From the sequence record SRR2962707_898: a DNA stretch of 35,339 nucleotides; one strand, 5' to 3'. Position 1 is the stretch's first letter, and each line of letters opens with the position of its first letter. Below, in pieces: positions 18,909 to 28,686 of this stretch. The position numbers were made by a program, and so were the translations under genes. The notes under the pieces are model-generated. The model worked only from the letters and a program-made list of their open reading frames with translations, was not told the origin of the DNA and searched no databases.

Positions 18909-19895
18909 CTATTTGAATTTATCCATATCCTGATGGCGAGCCGTGATTTCGCGAACCGTGCGCGATGATGAGCGCATAAGGATCGTCTCGGTCTGAATAT
19001 AGTTTTTGGCAAATTTTACACCCTTAAGCATATTGCCATCGGTAACACCGGTTGCAGCAAACAGCACATCACCTGATGCAAGCTCATGCAATTTATAAGC
19101 TTTATTCGGGTCAGACACACCCATTTTAGCAGCGCGGGCGATCTTCTCTGGTGTATCCAAAATCAAACGGCCTTGCATCTGGCCGCCCACACAGCGAAGC
19201 GCTGAAGCCGCAAGAACGCCTTCAGGCGCGCCGCCGATACCCATATAGATATCAACGCCCGTCACGTCCGTATCTGTTGTATCGATAACGCCAGCCACAT
19301 CACCATCGCCGATGAGACGTACCGCAGCACCTGTCGCACGCACAGCAGCTAGAATGTCGTCATGGCGCGGACGCTCCAAAATACAGACCGTAATTTCGCT
19401 AACAGGCACACCTTTGGCTTTAGCCAGCGCCTTGAGATTGTCTTCTGGGCTGGCGTCAATATCCACCAAGCCAACTGGATAGCCAGGGCCAATAGCGATT
19501 TTTGACATGTAAACATCAGGAGCGAAAAGCAATGTGCCTTTTGTCGCCATTGAAATAACGGCCAATGAGTTAGGCATGTTTTTCGCGCAGATAGTCGTGC
19601 CTTCTAGCGGATCAAGCGCAATATCAACTTCAGGGCCATGACCAAGGCCAACTTCTTCGCCGATATAGAGCATTGGCGCTTCGTCGCGTTCGCCCTCGCC
19701 GATCACCACAGTACCGCGAATTGGCAAACGGTTAAGTTCAGCGCGCATCGCGTCCACGGCGACTTGGTCAGCCGCTTTTTCATCACCGCGACCGCGCAAA
19801 CGCGCAGCAGCCACAGCCGCTGATTCCGTCACACGGGCCAATTCCATCGCCAATTCACGCGTTAGGCCTGCATCCGATACTCTGCGATCATTCAT
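18909..19895 (-). CDS. glpX: Class II fructose-1,6-bisphosphatase
   Basis: VVIGEGERDEAPMLYIGE, DPLEGT, DGDV, GGAPEGV and FAATGVTDG motifs. The start is uncertain (19895 or 19907 rather than 19946). Confidence 0.95.
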   Translation of the reverse strand: MNDRRVSDAGLTRELAMELARVTESAAVAAARLRGRGDEKAADQVAVDAMRAELNRLPIRGTVVIGEGERDEAPMLYIGEEVGLGHGPEVDIALDPLEGTTICAKNMPNSLAVISMATKGTLLFAPDVYMSKIAIGPGYPVGLVDIDASPEDNLKALAKAKGVPVSEITVCILERPRHDDILAAVRATGAAVRLIGDGDVAGVIDTTDTDVTGVDIYMGIGGAPEGVLAASALRCVGGQMQGRLILDTPEKIARAAKMGVSDPNKAYKLHELASGDVLFAATGVTDGNMLKGVKFAKNYIQTETILMRSSSRTVREITARHQDMDKFK

Positions 19896-20018
19896 TGAAT
19901 TTTCCATTTTCACCACATTACATTTACTTGGGATGTGCCAAAGCACAGCTCAAGCGCCCATGGAACCCATGAAATCACTTGGTGGTAAACTCAATCGATT
20001 TAGAAAATCACTTTTCCA

Positions 20019-21335
20019 CTATTCGGCTTTTTCAATCCGAATAACTTGCGGTTTTGAAGCAAGATGACCGTCTTTCATCATTGAATCAATTGCTGTGCGA
20101 ATCGCCGATTCGCTCGTTTTATGCGTGATCAAAATGACTGTTTTCGTATCGACAGTTTCATCTTTAACCGGATCACGCTGAACGATTGATTCAAGTGAAA
20201 TATCATTTTCAGCCATATCCGCCGCAATCGCAGCAAAAACACCCGGACGATCTTTAATCGTCATACGCACGAAATAGCCGCCCGCATGCGCGCCCATTTG
20301 CGCAGGCACATAATCAGCCAAATCTTCAACTTTTCGGCCAAACACCGGCGCTTGCTGATGACCAGGGCGAGATTTCGCAATATCAGCCAAATCACCCATC
20401 ACAGCAGAAGCTGTCGCGTTGCCGCCTGCCCCTGGACCAGACATCAGCAATGAACCCACGATGTCGGCTTCAACAGCAACCGCATTGGTCACACCATCAA
20501 TCTGCGCAATCACAGATGTGAGCGGCACCATTGTCGGATGAACGCGCTGCTCAATGCCATTTTCGGACTTTTGCGCAACGCCGAGTAATTTGATGCGATA
20601 ACCAAGATCATGCGCTGCATGAATGTCATCAAGCGAGATATTAGAAATGCCTTCAAGATAGATATCGTCGACGGCAACTTTTGTGCCGAACGCAATTGAA
20701 GTCAGGATCGCCAGCTTATGGGCTGTATCATTGCCTTCAATGTCGAAAGTCGGATCCGCTTCAGCATAGCCAAGGCGCTGCGCATCGGCCAAACACTCTT
20801 CAAAACTAATCTCATCACGCTCCATGCGCGTTAGAATATAGTTCGCTGTACCGTTCATGATGCCATAGATGCGCGTCGGATTATTGCCCGAAATAGATTC
20901 GCGCATCGTCTTGATGATCGGAATGCCGCCCGCAACAGCTGCTTCATAGTTAAGCACAACGCCGCTGGCTTCTGCCGCACGCGCCAATTCAACGCCGTGC
21001 TTAGCAAGCAGCGCCTTATTGGCTGTGACCACATGTTTGCCAGCTTTAAGAGCGGCTAAAACGCTTTCGCGCGCTGTGCCCTCATCGCCGCCGATCAATT
21101 CAACAAAAACGTCAATCTCGTCCGAAACCGCCATATCAGCGGCATTGTCAAACCATGTAAAACCAGAAATATCGATTCCGCGATCGCGCGTTTTATCGCG
21201 GGCCGAAACGCTCGTGACAGTCAACGGTCTGCCGCATTGAGAAATCAACAGGTCTGATTTCTCATCCAGAACTCGTACCAAGGATGCACCAACGGTTCCA
21301 AGACCGGCAATGCCTATACGTAGACTATTATTCAT
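20019..21335 (-). CDS. hom: Homoserine dehydrogenase with C-terminal ACT domain
   Basis: GLGTVG, VVTANKA, EAAVAGGIP, NGTANYIL, GYAEADP and GPGAGG motifs; ACT domain starting DRPGVFA. Confidence 0.96.
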   Translation of the reverse strand: MNNSLRIGIAGLGTVGASLVRVLDEKSDLLISQCGRPLTVTSVSARDKTRDRGIDISGFTWFDNAADMAVSDEIDVFVELIGGDEGTARESVLAALKAGKHVVTANKALLAKHGVELARAAEASGVVLNYEAAVAGGIPIIKTMRESISGNNPTRIYGIMNGTANYILTRMERDEISFEECLADAQRLGYAEADPTFDIEGNDTAHKLAILTSIAFGTKVAVDDIYLEGISNISLDDIHAAHDLGYRIKLLGVAQKSENGIEQRVHPTMVPLTSVIAQIDGVTNAVAVEADIVGSLLMSGPGAGGNATASAVMGDLADIAKSRPGHQQAPVFGRKVEDLADYVPAQMGAHAGGYFVRMTIKDRPGVFAAIAADMAENDISLESIVQRDPVKDETVDTKTVILITHKTSESAIRTAIDSMMKDGHLASKPQVIRIEKAE

Positions 21336-21386
21336 GATTTTAACCCTGCGTCATTGACGCTAAAATTGACTGATGTGGTCGCTTTA

Positions 21387-22604
21387 TCAGCGTCGAGCGT
21401 CCAATGAAACCACATTAGCCAAATTCTCATCGCTACTGCCCAAAAAACGCTTAATATTGCGCGCTGCTTGGCGAATTCGGTGCTCATTTTCAACAAGCGC
21501 AATGCGCACGTGGTCATCGCCGTGCTCACCAAAACCAAGCCCCGGCGCAACCGCAACGTCGGCTTTTTCAATCAACAGCTTCGCAAACTCCAGCGAACCC
21601 AAATGTTTGAACTTTTCAGGAATCGGCGCCCAAGCAAACATCGTTGCTGGCGGCGGCGGCACCATGAAGCCCGCTTTAGCAAAGCTATCAACCATCACAT
21701 CGCGGCGGCTTTTATAGATCTGGCGCACTTCTTCAATATCATTACCATTGCCATTAAGCGCTGCCGTTGCAGCCACTTGAATGGGCGTAAACGCACCATA
21801 ATCAAGGTACGACTTTACGCGCGCCAAAGCCGCAATCAAACGCTCATTGCCAACCGCAAATCCCATGCGCCAGCCGGGCATCGAATAGGTTTTAGACATG
21901 GACGTAAACTCAACGCACACATCCATCGCACCGGGCACTTCAAGCACGGACGGCGGCGGCGTTTCGCCAAAATAAAGCTCTGAATAAGCAAGGTCTGACA
22001 ACACGATGAGATCGTGCTTCTTTGCAAAAGCAACAACTTCTTTATAAAAATCAAGGCTTGCCAGTTTTGCTGTCGGGTTCGACGGATAGCTTAAAATCAC
22101 CGCCAACGGTTTTGGAATAGAATGGCGCACAGCACTTTCAAGCGCGCGCATAAAGCCATCATCAGGCTCAACTTGCATGGAGCGAATAACGCCGCCAGAC
22201 ATAATGAAACCGAACGCATGAATTGGATAGCTTGGGTCTGGACACAAGATCACATCGCCCGGCGCGGTAATCGCCTGCGCCATGTTCGCAAAGCCCTCTT
22301 TAGAGCCAAGCGTTGCAATAACCTGCGTATCCGGATTGAGCTTCACACCAAAACGGCGCTGATAGTAGTTCGCTTGCGCTTTACGAAGCCCTGGAATGCC
22401 TTTTGAAGAAGAATAGCGATGCGTACGCGGATCGCGCACCGTTTCAACCAATTTATCGACAATTGCTTTCGGCGTCGGCAAATCAGGATTGCCCATGCCC
22501 AGATCAATAATATCGCGACCTTCACTACGCGCGGTGGCTTTAAGCCTATTTACCTGCTCGAAGACATAAGGCGGCAACCGTCTGGTTTTGTGAAAATCGT
22601 CCAT
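21387..22604 (-). CDS. Class I PLP aminotransferase (AlaC/YfdZ-like; often annotated as LL-diaminopimelate aminotransferase)
   Basis: DLGMGNPD, GSKEG, YPSNPT, SDLAY, PLP lysine in SMSKTYSMPGWRMG, and KSYLDYG; directly upstream of hom. Confidence 0.88.
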   Translation of the reverse strand: MDDFHKTRRLPPYVFEQVNRLKATARSEGRDIIDLGMGNPDLPTPKAIVDKLVETVRDPRTHRYSSSKGIPGLRKAQANYYQRRFGVKLNPDTQVIATLGSKEGFANMAQAITAPGDVILCPDPSYPIHAFGFIMSGGVIRSMQVEPDDGFMRALESAVRHSIPKPLAVILSYPSNPTAKLASLDFYKEVVAFAKKHDLIVLSDLAYSELYFGETPPPSVLEVPGAMDVCVEFTSMSKTYSMPGWRMGFAVGNERLIAALARVKSYLDYGAFTPIQVAATAALNGNGNDIEEVRQIYKSRRDVMVDSFAKAGFMVPPPPATMFAWAPIPEKFKHLGSLEFAKLLIEKADVAVAPGLGFGEHGDDHVRIALVENEHRIRQAARNIKRFLGSSDENLANVVSLDARR

Positions 22605-22663
22605 TTTTTTCTCTTAATTGGGCTGTTTTGGTAATTATACACGAATAATACGCATCGCTAGCG

Positions 22664-23146
22664 CTATTCGCGGTTGGCTTCAATACGTTTTAACATTTCA
22701 GGTGAGTGATTTGCCGCCAGCTTCCTCAGCTCCGCCAGCCTTTTTGCATAGGCATCTGTCGAAATGCTGCCCGCTGCCTTGGCTGTGTTGAGCGCACGCA
22801 TTTGGGAAATCATGGAATCTATCTTACCCTGTTCGATGGAACCGAGACGCGATTGCGGCGCGACGGTCATTTCTGGATATTGACCCGTATCCTTTGGGCC
22901 TGTGGGCAAATCAGCGTTTAAACCGGTACTAACAGCTGTCACGGGCTTTTCAGGAATTTCAGTCACCTCTGAACCCGGCTGAGCCGGTGCAGGTAATTTT
23001 TCGCTGGTCGCAGGTTCTGGCGGCAAGCCCAAGCCTAAACTCTGCGGGCTATCAATTGATCCAACCCCCGTGCAACCGACCAGCAGAGTGACTGCTGCGA
23101 TCAACACAGTGTAAGTTTTTAAATTATGAACCAATTTTTTGAACAT
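22664..23146 (-). CDS. Putative lipoprotein of unknown function
   Basis: Basic N-terminus, hydrophobic stretch, lipobox LLVG-C, Pro-rich linker and helical C-terminus. The ATG at 23146 is preferred over the GTG at 23161. Confidence 0.7.
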   Translation of the reverse strand: MFKKLVHNLKTYTVLIAAVTLLVGCTGVGSIDSPQSLGLGLPPEPATSEKLPAPAQPGSEVTEIPEKPVTAVSTGLNADLPTGPKDTGQYPEMTVAPQSRLGSIEQGKIDSMISQMRALNTAKAAGSISTDAYAKRLAELRKLAANHSPEMLKRIEANRE

Positions 23147-23276
23147 GCTGCGTGGGTACACCCAAATTATTTATGCCGAACCATCGACGATTTCCTGTAA
23201 ATATTTATCTAAGCTATGACAACCAAACCGAACAATATGTTCGAAGCAAGGTGATCAAGCAAAGGCGCTCTATGAC

Positions 23277-24005
23277 ATGATTTTTGAACCGCCGCTCATC
23301 TCAGCCACACTTATTCGGCGATATAAGCGTTTTCTTGCCGATGTTAGGCTGGATAATGGCGATGAAATCACTGTCTCGGTGCCAAACACAGGCTCGATGG
23401 CTGGCCTTACAGACCCTGACAGCCGCATTTGGCTTTCTTATAATGGTGATGGAAAACGCAAATATGCCCATGCGCTGCAACTCGTGGAAGCTGATGATAC
23501 AATTGTTGGCATCAATACGGGCCTTCCTAATAAATTGGCCGAAGAAGCAGTAAAGGCAGGCATGATTTCTAATTTTGCCGACTATGCGATCCTCAAGCGC
23601 GAACAGAAATACGGCAAAAATTCACGCATAGACATGCTGTTAGAAGACGATGTGAAAGGCAAAGCCTATCTTGAAGTAAAGAATGTTCACTTCATGCGCC
23701 AGCGCGGCCTAACCGAATTTCCGGATAGTAAAACCGAACGCGGCGCCAAGCACCTATACGAATTAGCCGATATGGTTGCGCAAGGTCACCGCGCTGCCAT
23801 GATCTATCTCATTCAACGCAGCGACTGCGAAACCTTCAAAATTTGCAGGCAATTAGATCCCAATTACGCGACAGCATTTGACTTCGCGATGGCAAATGGG
23901 GTTGAAGCTTATGCAATTAGGTGTCAAATCAGCGCTAAAGCTATAATGCCTGAAAAACAGATAGTGATTAGCGAAACAAATCAAGCCAATCGCTCCGTAG
24001 AATAG
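23277..24005 (+). CDS. sfsA: DNA/RNA nuclease SfsA
   Basis: [22 protein letters not shown]...[18 protein letters not shown] and GVEAYA motifs. Confidence 0.95.
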   Translation: MIFEPPLISATLIRRYKRFLADVRLDNGDEITVSVPNTGSMAGLTDPDSRIWLSYNGDGKRKYAHALQLVEADDTIVGINTGLPNKLAEEAVKAGMISNFADYAILKREQKYGKNSRIDMLLEDDVKGKAYLEVKNVHFMRQRGLTEFPDSKTERGAKHLYELADMVAQGHRAAMIYLIQRSDCETFKICRQLDPNYATAFDFAMANGVEAYAIRCQISAKAIMPEKQIVISETNQANRSVE

Positions 24006-24018
24006 ATGCGAGCCACAC

Positions 24019-24858
24019 ATGGTCAATTATATTGATGCAGCAACTGCCCCACTCAAAAGCACAGGGCAAATCAGAATTCACGGTAAAGAAGGTTTTGATG
24101 GCATGCGCAAAGCATGTCAGCTCACGGCAAAAGCGCTCGACCTCGTTTTCCCAATGGTTCAGGCGGGCACAACGACCAACGAAATTGATAAAATGTTGTT
24201 TGAATTTGGCATGGACAATAATGCCTTCCCTGCAACTTTAAATTATCGCGGCTACACCAAAACATGCTGCACCTCGCTCAATCACGTTGTCTGTCACGGT
24301 ATCCCGAATGATAAACCGCTGCGCGAAGGCGATATTGTCAACGTCGATGTGACCTATGTCCTTAATGGCTGGCACGGCGATTCATCGCGCATGTATCCGG
24401 TGGGCGAAGTCAAACGCGCTGCAGAACGTCTGATGGAAGTAACCCACCATTGCATGATGCTTGGGATTGAGGCTGTTAAACCGGGCGCACGATTAGGCGC
24501 AGTGGGTGCAGCGATACAACAATTTGCTGAAGGCGAGCGCTGCTCTGTCGTGCGTGATTTTTGCGGCCATGGCGTTGGTCAGCTTTTCCACGATGCGCCC
24601 AATGTGCTGCATTATGGCCATGCAAATGAAGGCATTGAGCTGCGCGAAGGCATGATTTTTACCATCGAGCCGATGATCAATCTTGGCCGTCCAGCGGTTA
24701 AAGTGCTTGGCGATGGCTGGACAGCCGTTACCCGTGACCGCAGCCTTTCAGCGCAATATGAGCACACCGTTGGCGTGACAAAAGACGGATGTGAAATATT
24801 CACGCTATCGCCAACAGGGCTAGACCGGCCGGGCCTTCCAGCCTTGGAAAACGAATAA
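24019..24858 (+). CDS. map: Type I methionine aminopeptidase
   Basis: [36 protein letters not shown] and SAQYEHT motifs. Confidence 0.97.
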   Translation: MVNYIDAATAPLKSTGQIRIHGKEGFDGMRKACQLTAKALDLVFPMVQAGTTTNEIDKMLFEFGMDNNAFPATLNYRGYTKTCCTSLNHVVCHGIPNDKPLREGDIVNVDVTYVLNGWHGDSSRMYPVGEVKRAAERLMEVTHHCMMLGIEAVKPGARLGAVGAAIQQFAEGERCSVVRDFCGHGVGQLFHDAPNVLHYGHANEGIELREGMIFTIEPMINLGRPAVKVLGDGWTAVTRDRSLSAQYEHTVGVTKDGCEIFTLSPTGLDRPGLPALENE

Positions 24859-24877
24859 TCAAGCGACAGGGCTGCAT

Positions 24878-25651
24878 ATGAGCGGATCGGGCGAAAATAG
24901 AGACGAAAAAGCTGCGTTTGCCGCGCCAGACTTCGGCCTTTTGCCTGAAAAACCACAAAAAGCAGATAAGAAAAAACCTGAAAACCCGAATGCAGGCCAC
25001 CGTGATCGGTTGCGCGCGCGCTTCGCCGCTGCAGGCAGTGATGCACTGGCTGACTATGAACTCCTAGAACTATTGCTGTTCCGTTCTCTGCCGCGCATCG
25101 ACACAAAGCCCATCGCCAAAGAATTAATCAAAAGATTTGGTTCCTTTGGCGCAGTCATCGCGGCTGACCCTGCCCGTTTGAGTGAAGTCAAAGGCATAAA
25201 AGAAGCAACAGCGCTCGATTTAAACATCGTCGCTGCCGCAGCGCGCAAAATGATAAAATCAGGCGTTCAGCAGCGCGAACTCCTGTCCTCTTGGGCAGCC
25301 GTAGTGGATTATTGCACGATTTCCATGGCCTATGAGACACGCGAGCAATTTAGAATATTGTTCTTAGACAAGAAAAATGGCCTTATCGCTGACGAAGTCC
25401 AACAGACAGGCACCATCGATCATACACCGGTCTATCCGCGCGAAGTGCTTAAACGTGCCTTAGAGCTATCGGCGACAGCGATCATATTGGTGCATAATCA
25501 TCCTTCGGGCGACCCGACACCTTCACGCGCAGATATTGAGATGACGCATCAAATCATCGAAGCGCTAAAACCCCTTAATATAACGCTGCACGACCATCTC
25601 ATTATTGGCAAAAATGGTCACGCAAGCCTTAAAGGGTTGGAATTCATTTAG
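24878..25651 (+). CDS. radC: RadC family JAB/MPN-domain protein
   Basis: [16 protein letters not shown], an HhH region, YPREV, the JAMM motif [14 protein letters not shown], and HDHLII. Confidence 0.95.
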   Translation: MSGSGENRDEKAAFAAPDFGLLPEKPQKADKKKPENPNAGHRDRLRARFAAAGSDALADYELLELLLFRSLPRIDTKPIAKELIKRFGSFGAVIAADPARLSEVKGIKEATALDLNIVAAAARKMIKSGVQQRELLSSWAAVVDYCTISMAYETREQFRILFLDKKNGLIADEVQQTGTIDHTPVYPREVLKRALELSATAIILVHNHPSGDPTPSRADIEMTHQIIEALKPLNITLHDHLIIGKNGHASLKGLEFI

Positions 25652-25698
25652 AATCCAATATCAAACACCTATCGCCGTTTGATAAAGTCTTTGATGAA

Positions 25699-26487
25699 CT
25701 AGCCGTGCGCCTTAATCATGTTGTGCGCGGCTTCCATCTCGATAAAGCGATAATTGCGCCGCTCGTGCGCCTCGTGATCAACGCCCCATTGCTCATCGGT
25801 GTGATCTTCATCAACATGAGCTGCTTTCCACGCATCGTCCGCGCTCAAATGTCCTTTGAACACCGCAAGTGCTAGAATGGCAGAACCAGTCAATGTCATC
25901 ATCGAATGAAAGCTTGCCAATACCATTGGGTCATCAATCGGTTTAATTTGCGCACCAATGCCGGCAATTGTTTCACGCGGCTGTGGTTGGTGCATAACGC
26001 CTTCTATAACAACAAATTGGCTACCAATTAGGTTTTCCGCCCAGTCCAAAGGCCCGTCCCACAGAGCGCGTTGGCGCTCGACAAGAATTTCGGGAAACTC
26101 CGCACGGTAGCAAAGCAAGTCTGTACCGCTAAAACGCAAAATATCTTCAATAACGGCCTGCATATCTTGGGCAACGCCGTCTTGCGCCGTATTTGCCAAA
26201 CGGTAACAGGGCATCAAACGCGGATCGATGCGCTCACCTTGAGCCGCAAATTCATCAGCAACCAATTTAGCTGCCGCTTCTGTCTTAAAAGAAAGCGTCA
26301 GTTTTCCAGGTGTCTTTACTGCGCGGCCATCCAGCGCAATCGTGTAAACACCATCATTTTCAACAACGCTCGCCTCTTTATAAAAGCGTTTTGGCAACCG
26401 TGGACGCATCGATTGCTGCGCTGATTTCATTGGCTCCATAGGTGGCAGGAGCAACGCTGCTTCAAGATCGTCTAAAATATCTCGCAC
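25699..26487 (-). CDS. ATP12 family F1-ATPase assembly chaperone
   Basis: KRFYK, LDGRAVKTP, TDLLCYRA, LTGSAILALA and AHVDE...QWG.D motifs; GTG start with GAGG upstream. Confidence 0.92.
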   Translation of the reverse strand: MRDILDDLEAALLLPPMEPMKSAQQSMRPRLPKRFYKEASVVENDGVYTIALDGRAVKTPGKLTLSFKTEAAAKLVADEFAAQGERIDPRLMPCYRLANTAQDGVAQDMQAVIEDILRFSGTDLLCYRAEFPEILVERQRALWDGPLDWAENLIGSQFVVIEGVMHQPQPRETIAGIGAQIKPIDDPMVLASFHSMMTLTGSAILALAVFKGHLSADDAWKAAHVDEDHTDEQWGVDHEAHERRNYRFIEMEAAHNMIKAHG

Positions 26488-26652
26488 TTTTCACCTCAAA
26501 ATCTTCAATTTGGGCCGATAGAACACCTACATAAGCTATACGCAAGCATTTTACGTGAATTTATACATAAATTGCGCGGCTGCATTTTCAAAAAAACAAT
26601 CAGCCGTGCCATAGTGCAATTTGATTCGTGACTAAATATAGGACCCCATCCA

Positions 26653-28686
26653 ATGGATGATCTTTTCGGTTCAACCCCACCTGCTCCGCAGCCAAAACCT
26701 GAACCTACGCAAAAGCCAGCCGCTAAGAAACCTGTCTCATCAGACGGCAGCGATGACTATGGCGCGGATTCCATTGAGGTCTTAGAAGGTCTTGAGCCTG
26801 TCCGCCGTCGCCCAGGCATGTATATTGGCGGCACGGACGAAAAAGCGCTTCATCACCTTTTCGCTGAGATCATCGACAACTCTATGGACGAAGCCGTCGC
26901 CGGTCACGCGACTTTTATCGACGTGCATCTTGGTGCTGACGGCTATTTGACTGTTTCAGATAATGGTCGCGGCATTCCAATCGATAATCACCCAAAGTTT
27001 AAAGACAAATCGACGCTTGAAGTGGTCATGACCATTCTTCACGCAGGCGGTAAATTTGACGGTAAAGCCTATGAAACATCTGGCGGTTTGCACGGTGTGG
27101 GCGTTTCTGTGGTCAACGCGCTTTCTGATGATCTTGAAGTAGAAGTCGCACGTAATCGCCTGCTTTATCGCCAGCGCTTCTCGCGCGGCATTCCGCAAGG
27201 TGGCTTAGAAAAACTCGGCGAAGTGCATAATCGGCGCGGTACGCGCGTGCGCTTTCACCCCGATGCACAAATTTTTGGCCCGACAGCTAAATTCTCCCCA
27301 GCCCTCATTTGCAAAATGGCACGTTCAAAGGCCTATTTGTTCGGCGGCGTGGAAATTCGCTGGGAATGTGATGAGAGCCTCGTTGCGGAAAAAGACCGCG
27401 AGAAAACACCGATTAAAGCGGTGTTCCATTTCCCTGATGGTCTCAAAGACTATCTTGAAGCATCAATGGGCAGCGAACACCGGATCACGTCAACTATATT
27501 CGCTGGCAAGACTGAAAAAACCACCGGTCACGGCGCTGTTGAATGGGCGATTGCATGGCATGGCGGCGATGGTTCTGTCAGTTCTTACTGTAACACAATC
27601 CCAACGGCTGAAGGCGGCACCCATGAAGCAGGCCTGCGCATTGCGCTAACCCGTGGCTTAAAAGCCTATGGCGAATTGTCAGGCGTTAAACGCGCATCCA
27701 TCATCACCACCGACGATGTGATGACATCCTGCGTGGCTATGCTTTCAACCTTTGTGCGGGAGCCTGAATTTGTCGGCCAAACTAAAGACAAGTTGGCAAC
27801 CGTTGAAGCGCAGCGCATCGTAGAAAACGCGCTTCGCGATCCGTTCGACCATTGGCTCACAGCCTCCCCGCAGGAAGCAACCAGATTGCTTGAATGGGTG
27901 CTTGATCGCGCCGATGAGCGCCTAAAGCGCCGCCAAGAAAAAGAAGTCAACCGCAAGAGCGCCGTGCGTAAATTGCGCCTACCTGGCAAATTGTCTGACT
28001 GCTCGCAAAACTCTGCAGGCGGCGCAGAACTGTTCATCGTCGAGGGCGATTCTGCGGGCGGCTCTGCCAAGCAGGCGCGCAACCGCAAAAACCAAGCGAT
28101 TTTGCCGCTGCGCGGCAAAATCTTGAACGTAGCAAGTGCGGGCCGCGAAAAGCTTGGCGCTAACCAACAGATCGCGGATATTATCCAAGCACTTGGCTGC
28201 GGCACAGGCTCCAAATATCGCGAAGATGATTTGCGCTATGAACGCATCATCATCATGACCGATGCGGACGTTGACGGCGCCCATATCGCCTCATTGCTTA
28301 TCACATTCTTCTACACAGAAATGCCTGAGCTTATCCGCAACGGCCATTTATTCATGGCTGTACCACCCCTGTTCAAGCTCACACAGGGCGGCAAAACGCT
28401 CTATGCCCGCGATGAAGCGCACCGCGCCGAACTGATGGAAAGCGACTTTAAAGGCAAAGCAAAGGTTGATGTAAGCCGCTTTAAAGGGCTTGGCGAAATG
28501 ATGGCCAGCCAGCTGAAAGAAACCACGATGGATCCAGCTGTGCGCACATTGCTTCAGGTGGAAATATCAGAAGGCCAAGCAGAGGCAACGCGCCAATCAA
28601 TCGATGATCTGATGGGCACAAAGCCTGAAGCGCGGTTCCGCTTTATTCAAGAACATGCGGCATACGCAAAAGATTTGGATATTTAA
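26653..28686 (+). CDS. parE: DNA topoisomerase IV subunit B
   Basis: EGLEPVRRRPGMYIG, DNGRGIP, SGGLHGVGVS, EGDSAGGS, PLRGKILN and MTDADVDG motifs. At 677 aa it lacks the proteobacterial GyrB insertion, and it ends in LDI. Confidence 0.94.
   Translation: MDDLFGSTPPAPQPKPEPTQKPAAKKPVSSDGSDDYGADSIEVLEGLEPVRRRPGMYIGGTDEKALHHLFAEIIDNSMDEAVAGHATFIDVHLGADGYLTVSDNGRGIPIDNHPKFKDKSTLEVVMTILHAGGKFDGKAYETSGGLHGVGVSVVNALSDDLEVEVARNRLLYRQRFSRGIPQGGLEKLGEVHNRRGTRVRFHPDAQIFGPTAKFSPALICKMARSKAYLFGGVEIRWECDESLVAEKDREKTPIKAVFHFPDGLKDYLEASMGSEHRITSTIFAGKTEKTTGHGAVEWAIAWHGGDGSVSSYCNTIPTAEGGTHEAGLRIALTRGLKAYGELSGVKRASIITTDDVMTSCVAMLSTFVREPEFVGQTKDKLATVEAQRIVENALRDPFDHWLTASPQEATRLLEWVLDRADERLKRRQEKEVNRKSAVRKLRLPGKLSDCSQNSAGGAELFIVEGDSAGGSAKQARNRKNQAILPLRGKILNVASAGREKLGANQQIADIIQALGCGTGSKYREDDLRYERIIIMTDADVDGAHIASLLITFFYTEMPELIRNGHLFMAVPPLFKLTQGGKTLYARDEAHRAELMESDFKGKAKVDVSRFKGLGEMMASQLKETTMDPAVRTLLQVEISEGQAEATRQSIDDLMGTKPEARFRFIQEHAAYAKDLDI

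Noticed and set aside
23370-23400. SfsA has SVPNTGSM instead of the common HCPNTG motif
   Set aside because: This position varies within the family and the nuclease-motif residues are intact.
24878-25651. radC as a marker of a mobile element
   Set aside because: It is the full-length chromosomal form with the HhH region, operonic with map. There is no integrase, flanking repeat or evident composition shift nearby.
26488-26652. LexA box upstream of parE
   Set aside because: The single GAAC at 26521 has no partner at N7 spacing.
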